A stretch of DNA of 58,174 nucleotides, the filler included, from Sphacelaria rigidula (lineage: Eukaryota), in NCBI GenBank assembly GCA_964200075.2. It is 9 parts of 9 records of this genome, joined end to end, with 100 filler letters (N's around TTAATTAATTAA, not from the genome) between each part and the next. Parts side by side here need not be neighbours in the genome. Positions count along the whole stretch, not along the records: positions 19,427 to 25,801 come from CAXNAA020020454.1; positions 25,902 to 32,276 come from CAXNAA020020455.1; positions 32,377 to 38,751 come from CAXNAA020020456.1; 6 more parts are not named here. The stretch is one strand, 5' to 3'. The notes below the pieces were generated by a model that was not told the origin of the DNA, made no database searches, and was given only the letters and a program-made list of their open reading frames with translations. The number at the start of each line of letters is the position of its first letter. The stretch's first letter is position 1. Of this stretch, positions 23,607-35,710 are shown one piece after another. The position numbers were made by a program, and so were the translations under genes.

Positions 23607-23728
23607 GATATGGGCCTTGCTAAGTACGCCGAATATTTCGCTTCTCGGGTAATGGCGGCGTTTGTGTTCGACTACAGGACCTTCGGAGCATCGGATGGCA
23701 TGCCTCGGCACATCGTGGACCCCTGGCG
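23607..23728 (+). CDS. Alpha/beta hydrolase, exon c (DMGLAKYAEYF...FDYRTFGASDGMPRH)
   Basis: GCAG acceptor, CG|GTACGG donor; FDYR.FG.S.G.PR motif of the S15/S33-like hydrolase group. Confidence 0.85.
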
Positions 23729-25168
23729 GTACGGTGGTAGTCGTTTTCCATTTTCAGTTGGTACATTTTCCTTCAAATATTGTTTCATTCTCCCTTGTGT
23801 GCATTTTCTTTTTCGAGTAAACCGCTTTCGATACTGATCAATTACTTCACATCATTTCGGAGGGCGGGCTTTCTGTGAGCACACACGCGAGAAGCTGCCT
23901 ATTTTCACCGAGCATGTCATCACCTGCGGGCAGGTACAGGAATATCTCCTCCCCTTTGTAGCGAATATGTATAGGGCTTAAGCAGTTACCATCTGTGACT
24001 TGCAACAGTACAATATAACACCCGCGGGCGACGTATTCGTGGGATGTTAAACACCGTATTACGTATATAGCCGGGAATCTAGTACCCGGGGCTTCGTATT
24101 CAGGGGCTGGTATTTACCGCACGGGTGTTGTACTGGGTCGCGCGCGGTGTGTTGCGTGTGATGATGTGACAACAACCAAACAAACTCAGAGAGAAATAAT
24201 CAGAGGGCACGAATATTTCCCGTTCTAGTGCGCAACCGTGCACTTGAAAGACTGCAACGGCGCACCGGTGTCATTGCCTAGATGGTCGGTGTGCTGACCT
24301 TGGGCCTATCCGATAGCAGACTGTATTTCACCGACAAGCTCGTTGTTTCGCAGTATTTGCAGCCGATTCGTCTATCGCAAGCAAACGAAGGGTAGGACGA
24401 TATCAGTGACACATGGTACATTCTAAATACCTATAGCTTTCATGAGCGGTAGACACTAGAAACAGATCAGGATCCTAATATGAGAGGTCGACATCACAGG
24501 CTATCAGTTAAGGTTTACGAAAAGGTTCCTGTGTATAATTTCAATCTCATTTATTCAGATAAAAAAAGCTTCGCAAGAATTTCGGAGTATTTCCTCACTA
24601 GATGATGGCGTTTTGTTATGGCCATTGTGAACCATTTTATTGCACATGTCTGCAGTATACTACGTGGCACTGTCGCAACCCCACCTCGTGGAATGCAAAC
24701 GATATAACAAAAGTGCCGAGCGCTGAGCAGGCCGCAAAAATTGTGGGGGACATAAAATCGCTTCCGTATGGTACAGTCGTATAATGTACCCTTTGATGAA
24801 TGTCTAGGAGTGACTCCAGCCTTCTCACCCAGAACCATGTCTACGTACAATATGCTATCATACTGGTGCTCATGCTGTGATCAGCCTCAAAGCTACGCGG
24901 TCGAAGAAGTTACCATGACTGTATCCCTCGGTCCCTGAATATTTGAGGGCGTGTCGGAGACTACGCGGCCGCCCTGGCGTCGTGACCGCTGAAGCCGTCT
25001 GGGGGAATGGATGCAGAAAGACCAGCCGAACGTGAAGTTCTTCTTGCGTAGTCTGACACCGTTCCCTTGTGAATGGTATAAGATCCCGATCTCGAAGGGA
25101 TGAAAAGGCTGATTTTGTCGTGTGGTACTGTCTACTTGGCAAGCACACTGTTGTAAAAGAAAACCGAA

Positions 25169-25710
25169 CTGTGCGTGTTTCCTGTCATCCCGTTTGCTCT
25201 GGACACCAGTCTATGCTTTCTGGTCCACGCGCGGCATTTGGCTACCCCCAAAATTCCTCCAAGGCGGTCAAAATTTTCGAGCCTCCAGAGGAATTAAATG
25301 CCTCCGGAGAGGTGCGCGGCCCTACAGAGGAGTATTATTTGGTTTCCTCCAGAGGGATTAAACGCCTCCGGGGTCTTGTTTTTGCCTCTGCAGGGCCGCA
25401 CATCCCTCCGGAGGCATTTTGGGGGGTAGCCAAATATGGCCGCGTGTGTATGTGTGGGCGCATCAACCGGGGTCACACAGGAGAAAGGTCAACACAAGAG
25501 TTATATTTTTTGTCTTGTGGTAGTGATCCGCCTTAATTGTGCGGTGCTTGCCTACATTATTACTTCGAGAAGAGTCCAGTGGTTCCTTTCCCTCGTCGAC
25601 CGTGAAGCCGAACTGTGTACCCAAGACATGGTCGCTCTCCGCTGTTGGGCATAATGTGAGAAAAAACAACAGATAGTGTGACTTTACCGAGGTTCGACCT
25701 CGTGCTCAGA
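25169..25710 (-). mobile_element. SINE family B interrupted by a MITE
   Basis: SINE body at 25169-25225 resumes at 25447; B-box remnant near 25690. Confidence 0.7.
25226..25446. mobile_element. MITE with ~35-bp TIRs nested in a SINE
   Basis: CACGCGCGGCATTTGGCTACCCCCAAAATTCCTCC / GGAGGCATTTTGGGGGGTAGCCAAATATGGCCGCGTG. Confidence 0.8.
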
Positions 25711-25801
25711 ACGGATGCGTAGTCCCAAATGGTGAGACACCCATGAGGCAGTGTATAAGCTGTGGCTGTCTCTGGAAGTGGCGATACCAGAAAGTGAAGC
25801 A

Positions 25802-25901
25802 NNNNNNNNNNNNNNNNNNNNNNNNNNNNNNNNNNNNNNNNNNNNTTAATTAATTAANNNNNNNNNNNNNNNNNNNNNNNNNNNNNNNNNNNNNNNNNNN
25901 N
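25802..25901. other. Artificial contig spacer
   Basis: N44-TTAATTAATTAA-N44. Confidence 0.99.
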
Positions 25902-26284
25902 TATCGCCACTTCCCGAGACAGCCACAGCTTATACACTGCCTCATGGGTGTCTCACCATTTCGCGGGGGGAGAGACGGGACCTGCGATCGAGCACACAGC
26001 CCCACAATTCCTCCATATTTCCTTCACGCTCGCGAACATTTCCGTTTTCGGTCGAGTTTCGCTCAAGCAAAGATAGCTAGCCTCCCCAAACCCTATACTC
26101 GTAAGAGTGAGCATTCCCACATGTTTTCACGCTCATTTCCCTTCTCCATTTTTTCGCGGAACGTCCGCATATACCGTCATAACCCCTTTTGTTCAATTTT
26201 CCCCCCCTGATCCGAATCGTCTTGGACGAAGTGGGAAAACCTCAGGCCCGCGCAGAGGAAGTTATCACCATACGTAGTATTTAT

Positions 26285-26540
26285 ATGGTGAGACACCCAT
26301 GAGGCAGTGTATAAGCCGCGGCTGTCTCTGGAAGTGGCGATGCCAGAAAATGAAGCAATGCGTTGTAGGCGGGCATTCAAATGCAGCATCATCAGTACGC
26401 TTCTGGCCGGACAATGTAGCAGGAGGTAGCTGTCCTTCATGCGACTCGCCGAACACAGCACGGCACATTGCGTTAGGTGACTGATTGCGAGGCTGGTCTG
26501 GCAAAAACCCGGTGTGCTCCGTCCTAGCTTCGCGGGAATA
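26285..26540 (-). repeat. Dispersed repeat family C
   Basis: Reverse complement aligns with 7095-7353. Confidence 0.7.
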
Positions 26541-26626
26541 CTAGAACAATGGTATTATGACTACAGCGTGCAAGAGCAGAGTACAAAGATGGGTCTGGGT
26601 TTCCAATGTGGAACGCCTGTACTAAC

Positions 26627-26700
26627 CTAATGCCCATGGGGCAGCATCCGCGGTAGCAGTTCGTCGTTGCCGGGAAGTAGGATTCGTCGGATCCGCATGA
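26627..26700 (-). CDS. YHYH-family protein, exon e (SCGSDESYFPATTNCYRGCCPMGI)
   Basis: Pyrimidine tract + TAAG acceptor, AG|GTTAGT donor; YFP....CYRG motif typical of the YHYH domain end. Confidence 0.75.
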
Positions 26701-27334
26701 CTTAAGACACGAGCGGGCGAGAACAGCAAAGGGGCAAGGGGTATAGGAGGGGTGTTCATCAGGATAGAAAGAGAAAGTGGCAGCAGAAAAAAGGCATGAA
26801 CACACATGGAGGGCACAAAGAACATGTTGCATGACTCAAAGAGGGCACTGCACATCAAAAGGACTGCGCATTCCACTCCTTGAGCGCAACTACCACAACA
26901 TGTCAAGACAGCCAATATATGGATATTGTACAAGCCGCACGGGACCCGGGGCTGCGCCCCGGTCCCGTCCGTCTTTTTCGAGGGTCTCGATATTCTTGCC
27001 TTGCCACCTCTCGTGAGAGTAGATCCTCTCTCGAAATAATATTCATGCCGGCCGCAAACATTGCAGGACCACCGCGATCGCGCGTCCGTTCGAACGGTCG
27101 CGAACTTATGTGTACCTCCGCACGAAGTAAGGTACGAATCCACTAACCGGGCCCCTAGCATTGACATTTACCCGAACAGTCATCTCCTGAGACGGGTGCG
27201 GAGGAACTTGCACACTAAAATCAGCAATGAATTTCGTGGACGCCTCGTTACAAAGTATGCTTCACGCTCATGAGTTCGAAGTATTCCAAATAGATACACT
27301 ATATATGATCGAAAGTTAATATGCCGGAACAGTT

Positions 27335-27584
27335 CACGGTTGGGACAGGTCACGACGACTCAACATCACCAAATTCACGATTTCTTCGGACTGATTGCCC
27401 AAAAAGGAGAAGAAAGTTGATCGCTGGTCCAAGGAGTATCCACGCAACTTTCGCGTCATTCCACGTGCCTCGGCTGCATGTACCTGGGTTGCCACGCATT
27501 GCCTAGGGATTGATTCGTCACGAGTCGACTCATTATACCAGAACCAAGTAGATTTCAGACGAATCATTAGTTGTCCGACCCTTG
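27335..27584 (-). mobile_element. hAT-like MITE (intronic)
   Basis: TIRs CACGGTTGGGACA / TGTCCGACCCTTG; perfect 8-bp TSD GAACAGTT; inverted homologue of 45777-46032. Confidence 0.9.
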
Positions 27585-28219
27585 GAACAGTTTACACGAG
27601 CTCAAACAGGCGATCAACTACAAAATGCAGCTCGTGTCCTCAATTCTCGACTGTTGCTCGCCAATGAAAAGCGGTTGCTTAGATTGAGCGGCGGATTGCC
27701 GACTCCGGAGCTCGAGGTGGGTTCGTCCCCATTGTTGTATCCAAATTGTTCATGGTTGACAAATCGTTGACACAGCCTCAGCTCCAACCCAAGGCGCACA
27801 GAGCACCGTCGCGCAAGGAAAGTGGAAAGGGTTCTCCGGGTGAGGTGTTGCATTGGCGGACGTCGCATGGGCGCCGCGCGAGCCCATTGGGACAAACTGC
27901 TCTCCCTCAGGTAGGAGCACTCGGGAATGCCAGTCCCGCTGAAGATCCGAATATCGGTGCTCATAATCAAATCAAGTAATATCCAACACGAACATTTCGG
28001 AGGCGAACTGGATCGAGTAATAGCTGTGAAGGTCGGCCGAGAATATTGTTTCGAATTAATGGCACGTACACCAAACGCCCATCATGAAGGTTGTTAGTCG
28101 TATGAATTTGCTGCGAGTTGAGGTCGTCGGGCATTACCGACCTATACGGTGAAGGTGAAGCGTGCATATTGTCATGGTACCGACACACACAATGAGGGGA
28201 CCCCCCACTTTGGGCTCAC

Positions 28220-28324
28220 CATGTAGTATCGGTAGGTGAAATCGTCGACCCCTTCAAGCGTCCCCTCGTACCCAGAGCACGAATCTAGGCAGTACGTGTC
28301 ATGCGCGCCGTGCGCGCCACACAT
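28220..28324 (-). CDS. YHYH-family protein, exon d (MCGAHGAHDTYCLDSCSGYEGTLEGVDDFTYRYYM)
   Basis: TTGCAG acceptor, ATG|GTGAGC donor, 35 codons; LD.C.G...Y.YY motif. Confidence 0.85.
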
Positions 28325-29025
28325 CTGCAAGACAGAGGGGGGGAAAATCGATCATCAGCCACCGCCACCGGCGGAAACAAGGAGGAACAACGGCTTGACG
28401 AAAGACAAATTGGTGTCAAAATGATCTGTTTTGTAAAGTGATGGACTCGGTACGATACGACTCGGTCCTCGGTATTTGCATTCAGCGTTGCACCCGAGGT
28501 ACTATACGCACACACCCACAGGCACGCGGAATAGCGCAAAAATGCGTTGAGACTTTGTGATTTGGTGCAGGTGAGCAATAGAGCCAGCTTGTCCAGAGCG
28601 TGTTTCGGTCCAAAATTGGCGCCTGCGGCGTCGATTTGAGCACTGGCAGAGCGTATTTTGCTCAGGAGACACTCGGCACCCCCCCGTTGGGTCAGCGATG
28701 GGGTTGGCGCCATTTTCATGGTATCAACCATTATTTACAGAGATTTCTTCGACGTGGCTTCGACCACGCATTCCTTTTGTCTGCATGCAGTCGTTGCATT
28801 AGGTATACACTTCATGCAGTACACTTTTCGTATATTGCATTTATTAACTATATGTTGTCCAGGCTGCGGAATATTTTCGCTGGAACAGGGACACCCATGT
28901 CGCAACCATCGTCACCCAGCAACAAAACATATCTCATCAACACCATGCTGGTGAAGTGCTTGCTGGCCGGTAGATCCGGTATTGTACACACTCGGCACTA
29001 GCCAGCCAGAGCGTAACTCTCGCAC

Positions 29026-29076
29026 CTTCATTTGCACTCCGTTCGGGCCGAGCTGCCCATAGATCGGGAATCCATC
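29026..29076 (-). CDS. YHYH-family protein, exon c (DGFPIYGQLGPNGVQMK)
   Basis: TTCCAG acceptor, AAG|GTGCGA donor; DGFPIYG motif. Confidence 0.9.
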
Positions 29077-29562
29077 CTGGAAACAGCAGCAACATTTTGA
29101 GGGTGCGGGCATGATAAACTCAACCGACCATAGCGGCAGAGCGTCAGGATAAAAAGTCAGGACTTGGCGCTACGCGACCGGCTTCTTGCATCGCTGTCCC
29201 AACAAGCGCTACAGGGTTGTCAGCGCACCCACTTGAGCTCACCATTACGCTCAAGACCCGTTTTTATGGAGGGAAGTCTGTGTACAAATCCTGGTATCAC
29301 AGCCTCCGTTACCGCGACTTCAAAATCGCGGATCGAGTTTTCGGACGCCAGTGCCTTGTTCAATACATCTCTGCCATCTTCGAGGGACTCGGGTCAACTC
29401 TCTTACCCCCTACACCTCCAACACGCGTGCGCTCGGGAACATTAGGGCCGCGAATCTGTTGTGAACCTTTTCATCCTGGCTGTGAGAGATAGAGATTGAG
29501 GAACTTCCAGGGAAAAGGCTGTAGGAGAAAAAAACTCCACAGGAGTACGCGACAGAACTCAC

Positions 29563-29764
29563 GTATGACCAACCGAGCTGCGGCGTGTGTTCGGCCGCCG
29601 TTGTGCCTGCCGCGACCATGGCTTGCTCCTGCAAACACCCCGGGGCGTTGTGGTGGTGGTATATACCCGTGGCGGTCGAGTGCCCACCGCAGAGATCGAG
29701 AGTGTCTCCCTCGATCGCTAGCGCAGAAGTCTTGTAGTCTACGGCATCTTCAGAAGACCACGAG
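29563..29764 (-). CDS. YHYH-family protein, exon b (…DLCGGHSTATGIYHHHNAPGCL…HTPQLGWSY)
   Basis: TTCAG acceptor, TAC|GTGAGT donor; D.CGGH....G.YHxH..P.CL and H.P..G motifs; phases fit both neighbours. Confidence 0.9.
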
Positions 29765-30463
29765 CTGAAGAAAAAGGCACACGGGTACACGATCGATTGC
29801 TTGATTAATCGACTGTCACGCACTTGATGAAATAACTGAGGTACGCCATGACCAATAAAGGAAACTCAAACCGAGGAAGCGGGCAGGAGAAGAGAAAATA
29901 ACACAAGGACATGAAATATAAATACCTGTATATAAACTGGCGAAATATACCGGTCAAGAGACGAGAGACGAAACAAAACAAAACAACAAAGAACAGTATA
30001 CAACCTATATAAAATCAGTCCAGCAGCTTGCTTCCACAGAACAGTACTTGTGTACTGCTTTTGTACGACATGTGTATCAAGGACGGAAAAATAATGAGTG
30101 GGCAAACAAGGAAGAAGTAGAGAAGGAAGGGAGGGACGGCGGGCTATAATCGCTTCTTCGACCACTTCGTGAGGGAAACAACGTTTGGGTCACATCATCC
30201 CCCCTGGCGCCTCCCACCCTGCTGCGACTTTCTCCCGCCAATCTTTCCGAGAAGTAAATCGGCAGATGGGATTGCCGCGAAATCGTTCCGGGGCCGGACC
30301 GTCCTGTCGGAGTCTTCCTCGTCCAGGACGTCGTCAGTGTCCACGGGGGAAGCGCAGCGGGTCGCGGGCGCTACAAGCCTTCGTAGTACTGAATATTGCC
30401 GCCATCATGGCAAAAAAATCGTTTTTTACAGTACAGTACCAACAAACCCGGTACATCCAATAC

Positions 30464-30588
30464 CTGAAAACAGCAACACCATTGAGGAGCATTCCCACGG
30501 CACCGGCAGATTCGGAGGTGCTGAGATCCGTTACGTCTTCTTTCATCAGGCGAGGGTACGCCGGGATGATCATGTCCGTTTGGGTTTC
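30464..30588 (-). CDS. YHYH-family protein, exon a (ETQTDMIIPAYP...GAVGMLLNGVAVF)
   Basis: GGCAG acceptor, AG|GTATTG donor; IP..P and G.IG...NGV..F motifs. Confidence 0.85.
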
Positions 30589-32087
30589 CTGCCAGGCGTG
30601 TGTATCATAAAACCAGCGAATGTTTGGTCAACTGTGGACATGTGTATTTTCTAGCACATAACGTCATGTCATTACTTCAAACCGGTGAATCACTACCGTA
30701 AAAAACATGATTGAACAAATGTAAGTACATGAATATTTGAGGAAAGGGAAGGGGAGGGGGGGGGGGGGGGAGCAGACCATTTCTGGTGCCCACGCGCGTG
30801 CGCCAGATTTATCTTCGCTCAAATCTGTGCCGTGTTCGTTTCTGTTCACTGTGCAGACCAATCAAATATTCAGCCGAGCCCGCCTCAGTATGCCTTGGAT
30901 GGAGGTCAGGGTCAGGGATACGGTTCACGGATAGCGTTTGACATTAAAATACCGTGTGTTCAACCATGTAAACTCCACACCAATACGCGCCAACGCACTA
31001 TGATCAGTGCATCGCATTCCTCGTAGGTTGTACATGTAGTAGGTACACCACCATCCAGGGGGCTCAACTACACGAGAGCCAAAAGAGAGGCAGGTCCACC
31101 AGGCGGGCAGATTGAATACGTTGATTGTCTTCCAGAGCATCTTCAAAAAACAGAGTTGCTCAGCGGCCCGAGGAGCCTGACTCAGCCCCGGAATACACGT
31201 CGCGGGCCAAGCTCTTGCTCAAGTACTCGCGTATAGACTGAAGTTCACGACCCGAGACTGGTGGAGAAAAGGTCGATACTCAAAGCGAACACTGACCAGC
31301 GCCACGCGGGTTTGAAAAAAACACACCTACGGAACAGTTGAATCATCAGTATTTGACACCTACTCGTTTAGTCAGCATGATTGAATATCCATGCCATTGT
31401 TTGACGACATTTTGATCACTTCATAGCCTGCACCAGGACCTGTCTCATACGGGTAATGCTCACACCATGGAGGGGAAAAAAACACTCTCAAGCTAAATCA
31501 TGTCTGGATATTTCGCTGCACCAAACTGAACAACAAAGCTCCTGTAATGGATCTTCGCCCTAATGGGACATGCGATGGACTGTAGCCTTGCGTTGCCACC
31601 GATCAACCCACTTCAACGAAAATAAAACGTTGACGTGAGCACACGCTCGGAGGTACTTGAAAAATTTCTATCATTTCATACAACGGGATGACCTATCAGC
31701 TACAAAATAAAAATGCCGCAGTCGTCGAGAAAAAAATGGGGCTTGTGTTACCAACTTTTTCGAGTACCAATACATCCAGATGACAAAACAGATATGGAAC
31801 ACGGAAAACGAGAATAGGTGGCGGAGGAGAACGGTGGGACGTCTGCTCGACAATTCGACCGCCATCCCTCACCAGGTGCATACCCTGGACAAGAGATTAC
31901 ATCACGGAGTTTCGGGGGGAAAAAATGACGCGTTTTAGAGTCGGCGGTACAGGCTGGGCCAGCCTACAAGCGAATTTGTACTTTGCAGGCGAATCTGCAA
32001 TTTTTTTTCTTGGAGTTGGGAAGAAAAAGACTGGCATGGACAATCAACAGGGCATGAAGAAAAGCTGTCTGTGAGGTCCCAATGATT

Positions 32088-32276
32088 CACGGTTAGGACA
32101 AATCAACTCGTGAGTCAACTCAAAGTCGTCATCTCAATGAATAAATCATGCGGTTCGTACATCAGTTGTGATCCACGCAGTCAACCATTCTTCATGACTC
32201 GAGGCGTGATGTAATCCACGCAGTCAACCCTTCTTCACGACTCAAGGCGTGAATGGCTCGTACATGCACGCCATGT
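32088..32276. mobile_element. hAT-like MITE end, truncated by contig end
   Basis: Begins CACGGTTAGGACAAATCA, matching the TIR of the 27335 and 46032 ends. Confidence 0.55.
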
Positions 32277-32376
32277 NNNNNNNNNNNNNNNNNNNNNNNN
32301 NNNNNNNNNNNNNNNNNNNNTTAATTAATTAANNNNNNNNNNNNNNNNNNNNNNNNNNNNNNNNNNNNNNNNNNNN
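32277..32376. other. Artificial contig spacer
   Basis: N44-TTAATTAATTAA-N44. Confidence 0.99.
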
Positions 32377-33383
32377 AAGTGTGGGGAAAGCACTGTTTTA
32401 GGCTTGAGCCTCATCTCGAAGTTAAACCTCAATTCTCACAATTTGTTGTTTGATGATCTCGGTATGTGACCGGCGTTGAGGCCCTTTTCTACAGGGACAT
32501 ACCAATCTCGACGTCAGGTATTACACTAAACCATTTCCCTTTCATGTACAGGTAGATGTTCTCTGACTTGCTTGGTTAATAGGCAGGTATTTTGATTGCA
32601 TAGGAAATAATTGCACGATCGGCCCTCCCTCGAAGTGCAGGGTAAATGTTCCAGACTTGTTACGGTTGATGACGAAGTGTATTTTCGGTACGTGTTTATC
32701 TGCGGATAAAGGCATATTTGTTTTGGGGGCTGAGGTCATGTTTACATGAAGAGCCGACACATCCCCATGTACTCCATTTTTTTCGTCATCTGTGGGGTGT
32801 GGGCTCGGGGCACTGTTCCCAACCAGCAGAGTGTCGACAGGATGATGAAGATCATCTCAATAGGCGCAATAGGGTTGGACGCTATACCACTGGCTTGGTT
32901 GTACAGATGATATCGGCATTTAGTCGCCTTAGTGACGTGCAGAAGTACACACGTGAGTTATGGCGATCAGTTGAATCCCGAGACATATACTCCGTAGAGT
33001 CAACCTTGGTTTGATGATACTGCTTGGTCCTTCATTTTTCAAGAGTAGAGAGGGGCACTTCTCCTCGTGAATTTGCTTGGACTGCCCCTTGATCTCGATT
33101 CCCAAAAGGAGGTGGAAACACGAGAGGTGTCAAAGTGCGTTTGGTCGACGACTTAGGGCATTGACGGTTGATGGAACTAGGGGGGGGCTGTTGAAAAAAA
33201 AAACAGTTATAACCGGTGCCCTGCGGGGTACAGACTGAGTACAAATCACGCATGCTGTATGGGGTAGGTACGAACAAAAGACATGTTACACATGACATGA
33301 AAAATAAGAAATGCTACCTTGAACTCGTTTTGAGTGTAGTTTTGAGGCTGTAAACTGGCACAACTAGTACCATGGGGTGAAGA

Positions 33384-33838
33384 ACAGGTGTTATTGCATG
33401 ACACGATGAAAGAAGAAGTGCTCATTTTCCCCACTGCGTGATTGATGGTCGAGATATATGTTGATGGCACTGGACTCGTGTACGGTGGGAGCATGCTGGC
33501 ACATCATGCCAAAACAAGAGTGTAGTGCGCAAATTGTTATCGATTGACCGGAGTTGAAACCTGATTTGGCGCAGGCATGTTGACACATCATGGATAAACA
33601 AATGTGTAACAGGTGTTATTGCATGACACGATAAAAGAAGAAATACTAATTTTCCCCCCTACGTGATTGGTGGTCGAGATTCATGTGGATGGCACTGGAA
33701 TCGTGTACGGTGGGAGCATGCTGGCACGCCATGCCAAAACAAGAGTGTAGTGCGCAAATTGTTATCGGTTGACCGGACTTGAAACCTGATTTGGCGCGGG
33801 CATGTTGACACATCATGGATGAACAAGTAGTGTGTAAC
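33384..33838. repeat. 225-bp tandem duplication (2 units)
   Basis: ACAGGTGTTATTGCATGACACGAT recurs at ~33384 and ~33609; units highly similar. Confidence 0.9.
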
Positions 33839-35710
33839 CGGAAGCAAAGATGCGAAAGATACAGTTGACTGTTGAGATGTGAATCTTTGCGGAACGATTT
33901 TTTTTCCGTATGATTATAACGTTTGGTGGAGTACATATAACTATATCGATGAGGTGTGGAAACTGATATAATTTTGGATATTTCCCCATATTTTTACTGT
34001 GTCGTGTCAAGCCTCAATTCTCGGTGAGGCTCGATACTTGAAATTGTTCCGTGATAGGTGCGAGCCGAAGTTGGATGCGAACCGGCAACGAGCACAACCC
34101 CCCGCTGCATGGACCTCTCGGTGGACATCAGTGGAAAGAGAAAACAATGCTCCACGATGCCGACGCCCCCCCATGGCCGTAGCCCGAAACGAGGGGGGCA
34201 GGAGGGAGACGCAGACCGTTTAAAAGCAAAACAATGAGGGGGGGATGCAGGATGTGATGTCATGTTGTGCTTTTGATTGCGCGTTTTACAAACAGTTGAG
34301 CAAAATTCTGCTCTGCCGGTTCGCTGTTCGCTAAGTAGAAGTCTGGTTGATTGACAGTAGTATCGAGAATTATTGCTACGCCGGATCGCGGTGTAAGAGT
34401 TGCACGGTGTTTGGCTGACATACATTCCTTGTTTTTCTGTTCGCAAGATTGATGTTTCAAAGATTGGAAAATAGGGCATGTGCACCTGGTGATGTTCACG
34501 CTGTGCTTCGACAGAGGAGCGTGAGGGTTTCTCTGTTTTCCTGTTTGGAAGGTTGATATGTTGGGGTTTCAAAAATAGGGCATGTGCACTTGACGATACG
34601 CACGCTGTACTGAAAGATATGCGTGAGGGCCTTGACTCTGTACTGTGCTGCAGGTTTGGATATATGCCTGAACCGATACTTGGTGTGCACTGCATTGATT
34701 GCACCTTAGGGAAGCGCAGAACATGAGAGTTTGTTTGCAAATTTTCAAGTACGGATATAATTATTATTCTAGTTCTGAGAGAGCTTAGTTTTTGGATCTT
34801 GGAACGGTGATTGGGATCTTTGAGCGCAAGAATTTGAATGAGGTATAGAGAGTTTTGAAGTACTGTAACTTTTCGAAAGAAGGGGCGCACATTTGATTCT
34901 GATATATATCGTCTAATGGGGGGCAGGTGCGATTTTTCTCCGACAGTACCTGTTCAATGACGTGAGTGGTCTTGAGAGACATCCCCGCTCATAGGATGAA
35001 TCGTTGTCTTGATTTATTTCCCGTGAGCCTACTACTGAAACAACTGCCCAAGGGGGGTGATGAGGTGAACAGCCCTTTCAGTGTAGTCTACAGTACTCAT
35101 CAGCCACGGTACAGAGGTATCCATGTTTACGGGTTGTGACAGTTACATGCGGTGGGATTTGATACCGTTGTAGGCGTATGCCTTGTACCTACGTACGCAA
35201 TCTTTGCTTGCCATGGTGTTGGGGTAGCCACACCCAGTCACTTCGTTCTCTTCCTTTTTTTCCTTCCTTGACTTGCTTAGTCAAGCTATGTAATACTACT
35301 CTTCTACAACAACATGATCAGCTCAGCCATGTCCTTTGATCGACTTCATCAGTCGTGTCCAGCTGTCCCTGTTTACGGATCACGTATCAGGGAACAGTAT
35401 GAAGTTTCTCTCAGATACACAGCAAGAGGCGCTGGAAAACTCGATGACTAGTCCAGAGAAGTATGTTTTCAGTATGCTTTGTTACGTGTTCCGCAGCGCT
35501 TAGACGCAAGGGTTGCTCGATAGATGCGGCACAATGAATGGGGGCGGCTTTTCGGTTGGACTGCACACCATCACGCTTAAGCTCCAGTGCAGAATTTTCT
35601 GGGTTAGGGGCACATGGTCGAAACCGCTTGCGACTCCAGAGCCTTTTGAACAAAGTAAATGAAATTTCGATGGTTCATTAAACCTCATAAAAATGTTGCA
35701 CCTCAATAAA

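Noticed and set aside
25727..25960. Inverted repeat spanning the spacer
   Set aside because: The two halves are on different contigs; both simply break inside repeat family C.
32542..32760. Helitron Pif1 helicase C-terminus (VPKIHF…LFPMQ…PINQASQ)
   Set aside because: Only a faint likeness to IPRI…QFP…TINKSQG; the following YVALSR motif is absent.
33994..34890. 298-aa ORF
   Set aside because: No motifs, atypical composition, and it spans internal direct repeats; probably non-coding repeat sequence.
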